The position numbers were made by a program, and so were the translations under genes. Below the pieces are notes generated by a model. The model made no database searches and was not told the origin of the DNA. It worked only from the letters and a program-made list of their open reading frames with translations. A DNA stretch of 64,000 bases from Dehalococcoidia bacterium (GTDB taxonomy: Bacteria; Chloroflexota; Dehalococcoidia; Lucifugimonadales; UBA2985), in assembly GCA_965219025.1 (NCBI GenBank), contig OZ244716.1:327812-391811 (forward strand), written 5' to 3'. Of this stretch, positions 17,298 through 26,775 are shown piece after piece. Each line of letters opens with the position of its first letter. Positions within the stretch are counted from its first letter, which is position 1.

Positions 17298-18515
17298 ATG
17301 CCTATCGAATGGCCCAAGGGCAAGAGACCCGTATTCGTGGGATCCGGAAGCACCATGTGCCGTCGCTACTTCGACGGCACCAAGTCCCATCGCGCCAACG
17401 AGGCGGCCCTCATGGCGATCGAGGACGCCGGCCTATCTGTCGACGACATCGACGGCATCTACATCTGGGCGGACCCCAACTGGGGCCCCAACCAACGCGG
17501 CGACATCAAGGTGTGGCTGGACGTGCCCCACATGATGTCCGTGGTCAACTGGAACAACATAAAGCACTGGATCCAGACGGACAGCCCGGCCGCCGGCTCC
17601 TGCGCGGGGCCCCAGCTTGCAGCGATGGCCCTGGGCGCAGGCGTGTGCAACTACGCGCTCGTCATCCGCACGGGCCACCACCCTGCGGGCGTTCGGTACC
17701 GGCAGGTCAGCGGCAGGATGGCCAGCGGCGCCGCCTCCATGACCACCGTGTATGGTCACGGCGTGGGCGGGTCCGGCCAGGCCATCACCTACCAGCGGTA
17801 TCTGGCCAAGTACGGGGCCAAGCGCGAGGAGATGGCCGGCTACGTGCTGAACGCCCATCGCAACGCCCAGCTGAACCCGTACGCCGTCTGGAATGGCCGC
17901 CAGATCACGCACGACGACTACATCAACTCACGCCTCATCGCCTATCCCATGTGCGTCTTCGACAACGACATGCCGGTTGACGGCGTGCAGGCGGTCGTTA
18001 TGACCACCGAGGACCGAGCGAAGGACACGCCGCACCCCGGCGGCTACATTTCCGGTATTGCGGCCATCCCCATGCACCGGGGCAGGGGCGGCGTCACCGA
18101 CTCGCTGGAAGGCCTCGAGGAGATGAACGACTGGCAGGCCAAGAACCTCTACGAGAGCGCAGGCCTGAGGCCGGAGGACATCGACCTGAAGCACGTGTAC
18201 GACGGCTTCAGCCCGATGGTCTGGATGTGGCTGGAGGCGTTCGGTTTCGCCCCGCGCGGCGAGGCTCATTCGTGGTGCCAGCCCGAGAACATCGCGCTAG
18301 AAGGCCCCCACCCGCTGAACACGGCAGGCGGCAACCTGGGCAACGGCCGCATTCACGGCATGACCAACGTGTGGGAGACGGCCAATCAGATGATGGGCAC
18401 CGCGGGCGTCAGGCAGCTGCCTCGCCCGGACGGCGAGCTGAAGAAGCTGGACGTGGCCCTCTGCGAGACCGGCCCATTCGGCAGCGCATCAAGCTTCATC
18501 TGCACCCGCGAGTAG
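17298..18515 (+). CDS. thiolase-like (SCP-x/lipid-transfer type) protein, DUF35 partner
   Basis: 405 aa with a thiolase-fold C-terminus (NTAGGNLGNGRIHGM). Lies immediately downstream of the DUF35 gene. Confidence 0.75.
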   Translation: MPIEWPKGKRPVFVGSGSTMCRRYFDGTKSHRANEAALMAIEDAGLSVDDIDGIYIWADPNWGPNQRGDIKVWLDVPHMMSVVNWNNIKHWIQTDSPAAGSCAGPQLAAMALGAGVCNYALVIRTGHHPAGVRYRQVSGRMASGAASMTTVYGHGVGGSGQAITYQRYLAKYGAKREEMAGYVLNAHRNAQLNPYAVWNGRQITHDDYINSRLIAYPMCVFDNDMPVDGVQAVVMTTEDRAKDTPHPGGYISGIAAIPMHRGRGGVTDSLEGLEEMNDWQAKNLYESAGLRPEDIDLKHVYDGFSPMVWMWLEAFGFAPRGEAHSWCQPENIALEGPHPLNTAGGNLGNGRIHGMTNVWETANQMMGTAGVRQLPRPDGELKKLDVALCETGPFGSASSFICTRE

Positions 18516-18596
18516 CAGCAGTGTGAGGGCCGGACTCGCTGTGCCAATACGGCGGGCCCGGCCCTCACATAATCCAATGGTATTGGAGAAGGTGTC

Positions 18597-19313
18597 TTGA
18601 AGATCGGGATCATATCGGACCTTCACTGCGACGTGCAGGCCCTCGAGACGGCGCTAAAAGAGCTGAGAGGTGTCGACCAAGTCATCTGCGCCGGCGACCT
18701 CAACCTCCAGTACCGGTTCTCCAACGAGATTTCGGAGCTGATGCAGAGGTATCGCATTCCGGTGGTCCGAGGCAACCATGACACGGCCATACTCTCTTCC
18801 GCCGGGCTCATGCTGCGAAACTCCGGCCAGATCAAGCCCGAGAACCTGTCACACCTTCGACAGATGCCACTCATGCTTGAGTGGCCCATCGAAGGCAAGC
18901 GCGTGATGATGATGCACACAAGCCCGCTGGACCCGACCGGCGGCGAGCACGGCGGACGCGCAGGCGTATTCCTGCCCGGCGAGGGCGACCGCCTGGCGCC
19001 ACCGCCCGTCTCAGATGGCAGCCCCGACGGCGTGGTGGCAGGCGGAGGTACGGACGACAACAGCGCTTCTGGACGCCTGGCCAAGATTCCCAACCACCTG
19101 CTGCCGGAGGCCAAGGCGGACGTCCTAATCGTGGGCCACACCCACCGCACTATGGTGACGCACGTGGACAACACGCTGATAGTCAACCCGGGTTCACTGG
19201 GGCAGCCTCGCGACCCCAAGAGGTCGACGCTGCGCACCTACGCAATACTGGATACCTCCACCTGGGAGGCGTCAATCCACGGCTTCGAGCAGGCGCGGGA
19301 CACCTGGGGCTAA
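18597..19313 (+). CDS. metallophosphoesterase (YfcE-like) with internal Gly/Pro-rich insertion
   Basis: MKIGIISDLHCD, ICAGDL, RGNHD and VGHTH motifs. TTG start with GGAGAAGG upstream. Confidence 0.8.
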   Translation: MKIGIISDLHCDVQALETALKELRGVDQVICAGDLNLQYRFSNEISELMQRYRIPVVRGNHDTAILSSAGLMLRNSGQIKPENLSHLRQMPLMLEWPIEGKRVMMMHTSPLDPTGGEHGGRAGVFLPGEGDRLAPPPVSDGSPDGVVAGGGTDDNSASGRLAKIPNHLLPEAKADVLIVGHTHRTMVTHVDNTLIVNPGSLGQPRDPKRSTLRTYAILDTSTWEASIHGFEQARDTWG

Positions 19314-19328
19314 CGGCGGCAGCGCCGT
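19313..19328. terminator. short hairpin between convergent genes
   Basis: ACGGCG-gcag-CGCCGT spans both stop codons. Confidence 0.3.
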
Positions 19329-20344
19329 CAGCTCAGGCGCGCTATCAGCTCATCCTCCGACGAGAAGTCGTACTCGCGCTGCTTGTCCAGCCCCTGCGAC
19401 GTGAACCACTCGTATGTCTGCTCCACCGCCGACTCGAACGTATACTCCGGCTCGTAGCCGATGTGGTTGCGCAGCTTGCTCATGCCGAACACCGTGCTCT
19501 CGTCCCAGCGATGTATGTACGGCGCCAGCCGCTGGATCAGGGGACGGCGCTGGTTGGCGGAGATCTCGTCCATCACCTCGGCCGGCACGAAGAGCTTGTC
19601 CGCCTCCACGCCCGAAGCCCGCGCGCAGGTTTCCACGTAGCCCTCGTCGCTGAAGTAGTCCTTGCCGGTGACGTTGTAGATCTCGCCGTAGGTGCGCGGG
19701 TTGAGCGCCATCAAGCGCATCGCCCTCGCCTCGTCGTCAACGTGGCCTATCTGGCTCAGCGTGGTGCCGCGGCCAGGCACAAGAATCTTGCGTCCCTGCA
19801 GCAGCCGCACGAACATTCGCTGCTCGCGGTCGACGATGCCGTTGTCCGGCCCGAACACCATGGAGAAGCGTGCCACCGACATCGGGAAGCGCCGCTCCCT
19901 GAACGCCTTTGTCAGGAAGTCTTCACAGATGAGCTTGTTGCGCCCGTAGTCCGACTGCCGAGGTGTGCTGTCCACGGCAAAGTCCTCGTCGATGGGCAGG
20001 ACGTTGCTTGCAGCGTAGACCACAGTGGAGCTGGCGAAAATGTAGTGCCCCGTCCGTCCTTCGAAGATGTCGACCATGCTCTGCACGTCTTCCAGCACGT
20101 AGGCGCTGATATCGAAGACCACGTCGAAGTCTTCGGAGCTCAGCACTTCACTCAATTGCGCATGGTCCTTCCGGTCGGCGTAGAGGCGGCGCACCTCCCT
20201 TGGCAGCTTTGCCTCGGTCATGCCGCGGTTGAGCGTGGTGACCCGGTGGCCGCAGCGCACCAGCTCATGCACCAGGTGAAGCCCGTTGAAACGTGTGCCT
20301 CCCATTACCAGCGTGTTCATTCTCGACCTCCTGTATGGGTCCAA
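19328..20344 (-). CDS. NAD-dependent epimerase/dehydratase (extended SDR)
   Basis: MNTLVMGGTRFNGLHLVHELV Rossmann motif, 338 aa. Confidence 0.85.
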   Translation of the reverse strand: MDPYRRSRMNTLVMGGTRFNGLHLVHELVRCGHRVTTLNRGMTEAKLPREVRRLYADRKDHAQLSEVLSSEDFDVVFDISAYVLEDVQSMVDIFEGRTGHYIFASSTVVYAASNVLPIDEDFAVDSTPRQSDYGRNKLICEDFLTKAFRERRFPMSVARFSMVFGPDNGIVDREQRMFVRLLQGRKILVPGRGTTLSQIGHVDDEARAMRLMALNPRTYGEIYNVTGKDYFSDEGYVETCARASGVEADKLFVPAEVMDEISANQRRPLIQRLAPYIHRWDESTVFGMSKLRNHIGYEPEYTFESAVEQTYEWFTSQGLDKQREYDFSSEDELIARLS

Positions 20345-20521
20345 CTGCGTGGCATCGCCAACCTGCTGCCGCCCGCCCGTATGCGATTGAGCGGCAGGCC
20401 TTGAACGGATCGGACAGCTCCATTCTAGTCTCCTGATGTTGCGCAGTCGATAGGAGACATGCCGCAGAAGACGGCAAAGCCGCTAGAATGGACGTCAGTC
20501 ACAACGCGGGAGGGCCGCCGA

Positions 20522-21469
20522 ATGAACATAATCGTCCCGGACGACGCAGCGGGCATAGTAGCCGATTCCGGCCTGGCGCCGCTTCTGAGGGAGTTGGGGG
20601 AGCTACGGGTCCACGCTTCGCCGGCGAACTCCGAGGCGATGCTGGTCGAGCGTCTGGCGGACACCGACGTGGCGCTGACCCTGGCGGCCGCTCCATTCAC
20701 AGCAGACGTGCTGGCATCTTGCCCGCGGCTGAAGCACATTGCGGTGTTCGGGATAGGCGTGGACAACATCGACCTTGACGCCTGCCGTCGCCGAGGCATC
20801 GTCGTGACCAACACGCCCGCGTACTCCGCGGCGGTGGTGGCCGAGAAGGCTCTTGCGCTGGCCCTCGCCGTCGCCCACCGCGTACCATTGCTGGACGCTT
20901 CGGTGCGCCGCGGCGAGTGGCCTCAGGAACCGGTCGGGCAGCTGCACGGCGGAACGTTGGGCGTCGTGGGCACCGGCCCCATAGGGCAACGCCTCATCGC
21001 ACTGGGCGTGGGCCTCGGCATGGACACGCTCGCCTGGACGTTCAACCCGTCGGAGGAGCGAGCGCGGGCGTACGGCACAACTTTCGTGGCCCTGGACGAT
21101 CTGCTGGCCCGCTCAGACGTGGTGTCGCTTCAGCTGCCGCTGAGCGCGGAAACCGAAGGCCTGATCGGAGCGCGCGAGCTGGCGCTGATGAAGGCGACCG
21201 CTATACTGGTCAACGTGGGCCGCGGAGCCGTTGTGGACGAGGACGCGCTGGTAGCGGCGCTGCGAGACGGCCAAATAGGCGGCGCAGGTCTGGACGTGTT
21301 CGCGACGGAGCCGCTGGCCGCCGGCCACCCGCTAACCACGATGGACAACGTGGCGCTCTCCCCTCACAACGCGGCCAACACCCCGCAGGCCAACCGGGCT
21401 GGCCTGGAACTCGCGATACTCAACATCCGAGGCTGGCAGCAAGGACTGTCGCTCAACTCCGTTTCGTGA
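20522..21469 (+). CDS. D-isomer-specific 2-hydroxyacid dehydrogenase
   Basis: GTLGVVGTGPIGQRL...VNVGRGAVVDEDALVAALRDGQIGGAGLDVF. GGGAGGG lies before ATG 20522. Confidence 0.85.
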   Translation: MNIIVPDDAAGIVADSGLAPLLRELGELRVHASPANSEAMLVERLADTDVALTLAAAPFTADVLASCPRLKHIAVFGIGVDNIDLDACRRRGIVVTNTPAYSAAVVAEKALALALAVAHRVPLLDASVRRGEWPQEPVGQLHGGTLGVVGTGPIGQRLIALGVGLGMDTLAWTFNPSEERARAYGTTFVALDDLLARSDVVSLQLPLSAETEGLIGARELALMKATAILVNVGRGAVVDEDALVAALRDGQIGGAGLDVFATEPLAAGHPLTTMDNVALSPHNAANTPQANRAGLELAILNIRGWQQGLSLNSVS

Positions 21470-21523
21470 GCACGCTCCCCCCGGGTCGCTCGCCCGCGCG
21501 GAGCCCTAGCCCCGGAGATGCAT

Positions 21524-21901
21524 CTAGTCCTTCCCCGCCGGCACGAACCTGAGCGAGAGGGAGTTGACGCAGTGTCGCGTGTTCTTGTCCGTCAGTCGCT
21601 CGCCGAGAAAAACGTGGCCGAGGTGGCCGCCGCAGTTGACGCACTCGATCTCGATGCGCATGCCGTCCGGGTCCGGCAGACGCCTCACAGCGCCCGGGAT
21701 CTCGTCGTCGAACGCGGGCCAGCCGCAGAGGGCGTCGAACTTGTCCTCGGAGCGATAGAGGACCGCGTTGCAGCGCCGACAGACGTACCTGCCTTCATCG
21801 TAAAAGTCGTCGTACTCGCCGGAGAAGGGCCGCTCAGTGCCCTTCATCTCGATGACGAAGCGCTCCTCCGGAGTGAGGGTATTGTATGCGGTTTCGGTCA
21901 T
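21524..21901 (-). CDS. msrB: peptide-methionine (R)-S-oxide reductase
   Basis: CxxC...CxxC zinc site and GHLGHVF...RHCVNS catalytic region. Confidence 0.9.
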   Translation of the reverse strand: MTETAYNTLTPEERFVIEMKGTERPFSGEYDDFYDEGRYVCRRCNAVLYRSEDKFDALCGWPAFDDEIPGAVRRLPDPDGMRIEIECVNCGGHLGHVFLGERLTDKNTRHCVNSLSLRFVPAGKD

Positions 21902-21946
21902 AATCCAACCTCCATGCGATGGTAAGCCGCAGCGTTCCGGGAGCAG

Positions 21947-22225
21947 CTAGTCCGTATACCGCTCCACCTCTGCGGGACTGGCCCTCAGCGACGCCAGGTC
22001 AACGCCCCGCTCTCGCAGCACCTGGCCGTGAACGGTGAGGGCGTCCTGGTCCGTCCACCGCTCCATGAGCGCGAACTGGTCTGGATGCTCCGTGCTCTGG
22101 TAGAGCTCGTACTGCTCGCATCCCGGCTCCTCGCGGACGCTGGGGCTCAGATCAGCGAACGTGGCAATGAGCTCCTCGCGCTTGCCCGGAGCGGCCTCCA
22201 TGTTTACTATAAGCCTGACCGTCAT
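21947..22225 (-). CDS. ABM-domain (antibiotic biosynthesis monooxygenase-like) protein
   Basis: MTVRLIVNMEAAPGKREELIATF...CEQYELYQS...MERWTDQDAL. AGGAGGG lies before ATG 22225. Confidence 0.7.
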   Translation of the reverse strand: MTVRLIVNMEAAPGKREELIATFADLSPSVREEPGCEQYELYQSTEHPDQFALMERWTDQDALTVHGQVLRERGVDLASLRASPAEVERYTD

Positions 22226-22251
22226 CGGTTCCCTCCTATATTGGATGCGGC

Positions 22252-23556
22252 TTGCCGCGAATTGGACCGGTGATACGTTCCAAGTATCCGACATATGGAG
22301 CCGCCAATGCAATCCTGCCCTCGCACATCATGAGCAGTCCCACCGAGGCCACCGCCTTTGTGCCGAGCGCCAGCCCGCAGCGCTGGCTCATGCTGGCCCT
22401 GGTGTGGCTGCTGTACGTCTCGTTCGGCGTGACTGCCGGCACCATTGCCCCGCTCGTGGACCCCATCGTCAAGGACCTCGACATGACCTACAGCCAGATG
22501 GGGCTGGTGCTTGGCGCGTGGCAGCTGGTCTACATCGGTACGGCGTACCCGCTCGGCGCGCTCATAGACCGGCTCGGCGTCAGACGCTCTCTCGGCATAG
22601 GCATATTCGTTGTCTGGCTCTCGCTCGTGCTACGAGGCCTGGCCGTGGACTTCCCCACGCTATTCCTGGCAGTCGCTCTGTTCGGCGTGGGCGGCCCCAT
22701 CATATCCGTCGGCGCGCCGAAGGTTGTCTCCCTGTGGTTTCAGGGCAACCAGCGGGGGCTTGCGGCCGGGATCTACACCACGGGCCCGATCTCCGGCATG
22801 GCCATTGCGCTGTCCACCGCGGCCGGCGTGGTGATGCCACTCACCGGCTCATGGCGGGGCATATCGCTCGTGTACGGCTCAGTGGTGCTGGTCATCATGC
22901 TGCTGTGGTGGGCGCTCGCCCGCGACGTCCGGCCCCCGGAGGACACCGAGAGCCGCCCGGACTCGGCGCCCGTCTCAGCGTTCGGTTTGCTGGGCGAGCT
23001 GCTTCGCATCCGCAACGTCCAGATCATCGTCGTGCTGGCCGTGACCACATTCCTGCTGAACCACGCCTTGAACAACTGGCTGCCCACCCTGCTTCAGGAC
23101 CGCGGCATGACCCTGTCGCAGGCCGGCTTCTGGACCGCGGCGTCCACGCTGGCGGGAGCGGTTGGCCTGTTGGCGATTCCGGCAGTCGCGCGGCAGGGCC
23201 GCAGGGCGCTCGCCATGGCGGTTATGCTCCTGGTGGCCGCCGGCGCCGCGCTAGGGCTGGCGACGCTCGCGGATGCGCCGCTCGTGGTCGTTCTCGTACT
23301 GTCGGGCGTGGTCAGAGCGCCCATGATGCCGGTCCTCACCCTAATTCTCATGGAGACGCGAGGCGTGGGCGCAGTGCGGATGGGCGCGGCCGGCGGGTTA
23401 TTCTTCGCGGCCGCGGAGATCGGCGGATTCGGCGGGCCGTTCCTGCTCGGCGTGATCCGTGACGCCACGGGCATGCTGGAACCGGGCGTGCTGTTCCTGG
23501 CCGGGCTGTCGGCTGTGCTCGCGCTGACCCTGCCGTTCATCAGGGAGCAACGCTGA
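22252..23556 (+). CDS. MFS transporter
   Basis: Polytopic 434-aa ORF with an MFS loop motif (LIDRLGVRRSL). The start is uncertain (22252 or 22330). Confidence 0.8.
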   Translation: MPRIGPVIRSKYPTYGAANAILPSHIMSSPTEATAFVPSASPQRWLMLALVWLLYVSFGVTAGTIAPLVDPIVKDLDMTYSQMGLVLGAWQLVYIGTAYPLGALIDRLGVRRSLGIGIFVVWLSLVLRGLAVDFPTLFLAVALFGVGGPIISVGAPKVVSLWFQGNQRGLAAGIYTTGPISGMAIALSTAAGVVMPLTGSWRGISLVYGSVVLVIMLLWWALARDVRPPEDTESRPDSAPVSAFGLLGELLRIRNVQIIVVLAVTTFLLNHALNNWLPTLLQDRGMTLSQAGFWTAASTLAGAVGLLAIPAVARQGRRALAMAVMLLVAAGAALGLATLADAPLVVVLVLSGVVRAPMMPVLTLILMETRGVGAVRMGAAGGLFFAAAEIGGFGGPFLLGVIRDATGMLEPGVLFLAGLSAVLALTLPFIREQR

Positions 23557-23565
23557 GGAGCGCTG

Positions 23566-24864
23566 CTACAGCCGCGTCTGCTGGGCGGGCGGCTTGGCGA
23601 GAATGAGCAGAAAGCTCGCGATCATGACGAAGGCGGCGAACAACAGAAATATCACGGTGTAGCTCCCCAGAGTGTCGAATGCGACGGACGCTACGAACGG
23701 GCCGGACGCATTGAACACCATCTGAATCGGCCACACCACCCCGCGGATGGCTCCCACGTTGTCCCTGCCGTAGAAGTCGGCGAAGATGATCTGCTGGAGT
23801 ATGAACATGCCCCCGAAGGACAGGCCGTAGTAGATGCCCCACAGCATTGCCTGCCACGCCTCCTGCACGAACAACAGGCCGACGAAGCCCACGCTCATCA
23901 TCGCCAGGATGCCCACCAGAGTGGTCCTGGCAGTGATGCGCTCCGAAAGGAATCCGGTCAGTATTGAGCCTGCTCCGGCGCACGCGGACAACAGCGCCAC
24001 CGCAAGCACGGCGTAACCCTCGGTTATGCCCTGGTCTGTCATGTACGGGAGCATGTGCAGGTTCAGGGCCGGCGCCGCCACAAACACGAGCGAGAACGCC
24101 ACCACCAAAAAATAGAAGGAGGGATGCCTCAGAGCCTGCTCCCTGGTCATCGACGTCTCTTCGCGTGGGGCGCTCACCGTACCTGCGGCGACCGCCTCTT
24201 GCCGCCTCCTCGCCTCCTCCGGGTCCGCCCCGTCCGGCAGCAGACCCATGTCCTCGGGCCTTCGCCTCAGGAAGATAGCGATCGGCACCATGGACACCAC
24301 CCACATGAGGATCCCGGCTACGGCCGTGGCCTGCCTCCAGCTGCCTTGCGACACCAGGTGTTGGACGTATAGCGGAGTGACCGCGTTGCCAATTCGCTGC
24401 CCAAGCCCGCCAAAGGCCACGGCACGACCCCGCTTGTCCACGAACCACTTGGGCACGACAACTCCCAGCGCGAGCGCCAGGACACCCATCGTCAAGGCTC
24501 GACCCACTATCTGAAGGATATAGAATTGCCACAGTGTCTGAATGAGGGCCAACAGGACCAGGGTGCTTCCCAGCACCGCGAAGGACGCGGTGAGCGTCCA
24601 GCGGGCGCCCAGCCGGTCGATCATGGGGCCGACCTTCAACGCCAGTAGGCCGCCCATGAGCGTACCCAACATTGTCGACCCGGCGAAATCCGTGCGCGTC
24701 CAGCCAAACTCCTCAGTCATCGGCTTGAGTAATACCCCAAGAACCGGGTAGGACTCCGCGCTCTGCGTGAAGCCGCCGAGTCCAATGACGGCTACAATCA
24801 CCCACCCGTAGTAGAGCCGGGGCTTTCCGGTTCCAGGGGTTGAGGGCGCCTTGTTTTCACGCAT
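23566..24864 (-). CDS. MFS transporter
   Basis: RLYYGWVIVAVIGLGGF N-terminus and MIDRLGARW loop, 432 aa. Confidence 0.85.
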   Translation of the reverse strand: MRENKAPSTPGTGKPRLYYGWVIVAVIGLGGFTQSAESYPVLGVLLKPMTEEFGWTRTDFAGSTMLGTLMGGLLALKVGPMIDRLGARWTLTASFAVLGSTLVLLALIQTLWQFYILQIVGRALTMGVLALALGVVVPKWFVDKRGRAVAFGGLGQRIGNAVTPLYVQHLVSQGSWRQATAVAGILMWVVSMVPIAIFLRRRPEDMGLLPDGADPEEARRRQEAVAAGTVSAPREETSMTREQALRHPSFYFLVVAFSLVFVAAPALNLHMLPYMTDQGITEGYAVLAVALLSACAGAGSILTGFLSERITARTTLVGILAMMSVGFVGLLFVQEAWQAMLWGIYYGLSFGGMFILQQIIFADFYGRDNVGAIRGVVWPIQMVFNASGPFVASVAFDTLGSYTVIFLLFAAFVMIASFLLILAKPPAQQTRL

Positions 24865-24967
24865 GTTGACGCATAGGTGTAACTCTCAAAGAAACGGACG
24901 GGCTCGCAGGCAACGCATGCCATGCTATTATCAACGACAGGCGGTGTCAACCTGATTTGCACGACCA

Positions 24968-25588
24968 TTGACCACGTTGCTCGCCGGTGCTAGGCTGCCA
25001 CCCATCGTTCTCCCTTCGCGCCGGCCATATCAGGGACCACACTTGCAGAACACCCATTTCCGATATTCGTGGCTCTCCACGGCCGACTTGCACCATATCG
25101 GCGACATCGACCGCTCCGAGGAGGTGCGCGTGGGCTACGAGATGCGGGACGGCTCGCTCCGGCGCATCGACGTCCACTGGGACGTGCCTCCGTGGCGCCC
25201 GGACGGTGAAGGCGACCACACCGTTCCGGCCAAGATCGCATTCTGCCGCGACCACATGGACAGAGGCGCCGTGGCCTATGGCGCATTCGACGGGGAGAAG
25301 CTGGCGGGCATCGGCGTACTGCTTCCGGAGCTTCGCGAGGGAATGGCTCAGCTCTCGTTTCTCCACGTGTCCCGGCCCCACCGGCGCGCGGGCATAGCCG
25401 CCGTGCTCGTGGCCGAGCTGTTCCGCGTCGCGGGCGAGCAGGGTGCGGCCACCGTATACGTATCATCCGCGCCCACGGAGTCCGCAGTCGGCTTCTACCT
25501 GCGCCTGGGATTCCTCGTCGCCGATGAACCGGACCCCGAACTGTTCGCGCTGGAGCCGGAGGACATCCACATGGTCAAGCGGCTATGA
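24968..25588 (+). CDS. GNAT-family N-acetyltransferase
   Basis: LSFLHVSRPHRRAGIAAVLVAELFRVAGEQGAATVYV...FYLRLGF is the acetyl-CoA binding motif A/B. The start is uncertain. Confidence 0.75.
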   Translation: MTTLLAGARLPPIVLPSRRPYQGPHLQNTHFRYSWLSTADLHHIGDIDRSEEVRVGYEMRDGSLRRIDVHWDVPPWRPDGEGDHTVPAKIAFCRDHMDRGAVAYGAFDGEKLAGIGVLLPELREGMAQLSFLHVSRPHRRAGIAAVLVAELFRVAGEQGAATVYVSSAPTESAVGFYLRLGFLVADEPDPELFALEPEDIHMVKRL

Positions 25589-25603
25589 CGAATAACCTGC
25601 AAG

Positions 25604-25644
25604 GCGGCTCTATAGCCCGCCAAGCCAACTTTGTGTCATACTCC
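25604..25644 (+). repeat. 41-bp intergenic module, copy 1 (contains TGTGTCATACT extended -10)
   Basis: GCGGCTCTATAGCCCGCCAAGCCAACTTTGTGTCATACTCC. Matches 26683..26723 at 38 of 41 positions. Confidence 0.85.
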
Positions 25645-25713
25645 GCTAGCGCCATCGGCGTGGCCATATGCGGCTGACGGGCCAGCCTGGATAGATTGGA
25701 GGCGGAGCGACAC

Positions 25714-26694
25714 GTGAAGGTTAGCATCGGGTTGGTTGGCTATGGCAACTGGGCGAGGGAGGCGTACGTTCCAGCGCTCCTCGATGATGGCGATGTGGCG
25801 ATAGGGGCCGTTGCGGCTCGATCCGAGGAGACGCTGCGGCTGGCGTCGGAGCGCTTTGGTGAAGGGACGGCCCTGTTCGACGACCCCTTCCGGCTCGTCC
25901 GGGAGGCCGACGTGGACGCCGTCATGATCGGCCTGCCATCGGTGCTCGTGTCCGATGTCGCCATCGCCGCTATCGAGGCTGGAAAGCACGTCTTTCTCGA
26001 GCCTCCGCAACCGGGCGATGCGCGGATCGCAGGGCTGCTGGAACTCGCAGGGCGGTCGGGCCTGGTATTCCATGCGGACATGGAGCTGCGGTACCACCCC
26101 GTCGTTGAGACGATCGCCGGGCTGCTGAAAGACCGGCTGGGGCCAGCCCTGTCAGTCAGGGTGGTGCAGCGCTGCGACTGGGCGCTGACGTGGGGCCAGG
26201 ACGCGGTGGAGAGGGGCGAGATGGCCTCAGAACTGAGCACCTGTTACCTGGACCCAATCGACGCACTGATAGACTGCAAGCCCCGTCGCGTCAGCGTGTT
26301 CGGCGCGCGGCCGAGATTCGAGCGGGCTGTGGAGGCCGGCTCGGCCCTTGTCGAGTACGACGAGGCCGTAGGAGAGTGGGCGTTCAACCTGCGCGGTCCG
26401 GAGGAGATGTCGCTGCGGCTGGAGGTCGCCGCCCTGGAGGGCGAGGCTGAGGCGGACATGATGACGGGCCGGTACAGGTACCGCGCGGGCTCCTCCGACT
26501 GGATAGAGGCCGAGGCGCCCCCTGCCCTGCCGGCGTACGGCTTCGCGGGGATGCGGGAGTGCGTCGCGGCCTTCCTGGGTGCGGTCAGGGGCGAGAGCCT
26601 CAGCCTGACGGGACCCGACGTGCTGCGGCGCGTGCATGCTGCGGCTACGGCGTTCGACGAGAGTGTGCGAAGCGGGGGCCCAGCGGCTCTATAG
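25714..26694 (+). CDS. Gfo/Idh/MocA-family oxidoreductase
   Basis: MKVSIGLVGYGNWAREAYVPAL Rossmann N-terminus. GTG 25714 is more plausible than the track start at 25696. Confidence 0.8.
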   Translation: MKVSIGLVGYGNWAREAYVPALLDDGDVAIGAVAARSEETLRLASERFGEGTALFDDPFRLVREADVDAVMIGLPSVLVSDVAIAAIEAGKHVFLEPPQPGDARIAGLLELAGRSGLVFHADMELRYHPVVETIAGLLKDRLGPALSVRVVQRCDWALTWGQDAVERGEMASELSTCYLDPIDALIDCKPRRVSVFGARPRFERAVEAGSALVEYDEAVGEWAFNLRGPEEMSLRLEVAALEGEAEADMMTGRYRYRAGSSDWIEAEAPPALPAYGFAGMRECVAAFLGAVRGESLSLTGPDVLRRVHAAATAFDESVRSGGPAAL

Positions 26695-26723
26695 CCCGCC
26701 ATGCCGATTTTGTGTCATACTCC
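26683..26723 (+). repeat. 41-bp intergenic module, copy 2
   Basis: GCGGCTCTATAGCCCGCCATGCCGATTTTGTGTCATACTCC. It overlaps the oxidoreductase stop codon. A second shared block GCTGACGGGC follows 28-29 nt later in both copies. Confidence 0.85.
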
Positions 26724-26775
26724 ACCCAAGTGTACCGTCAGGGCACAAAGGCGCTGACGGGCTAGGTCGAGATCG

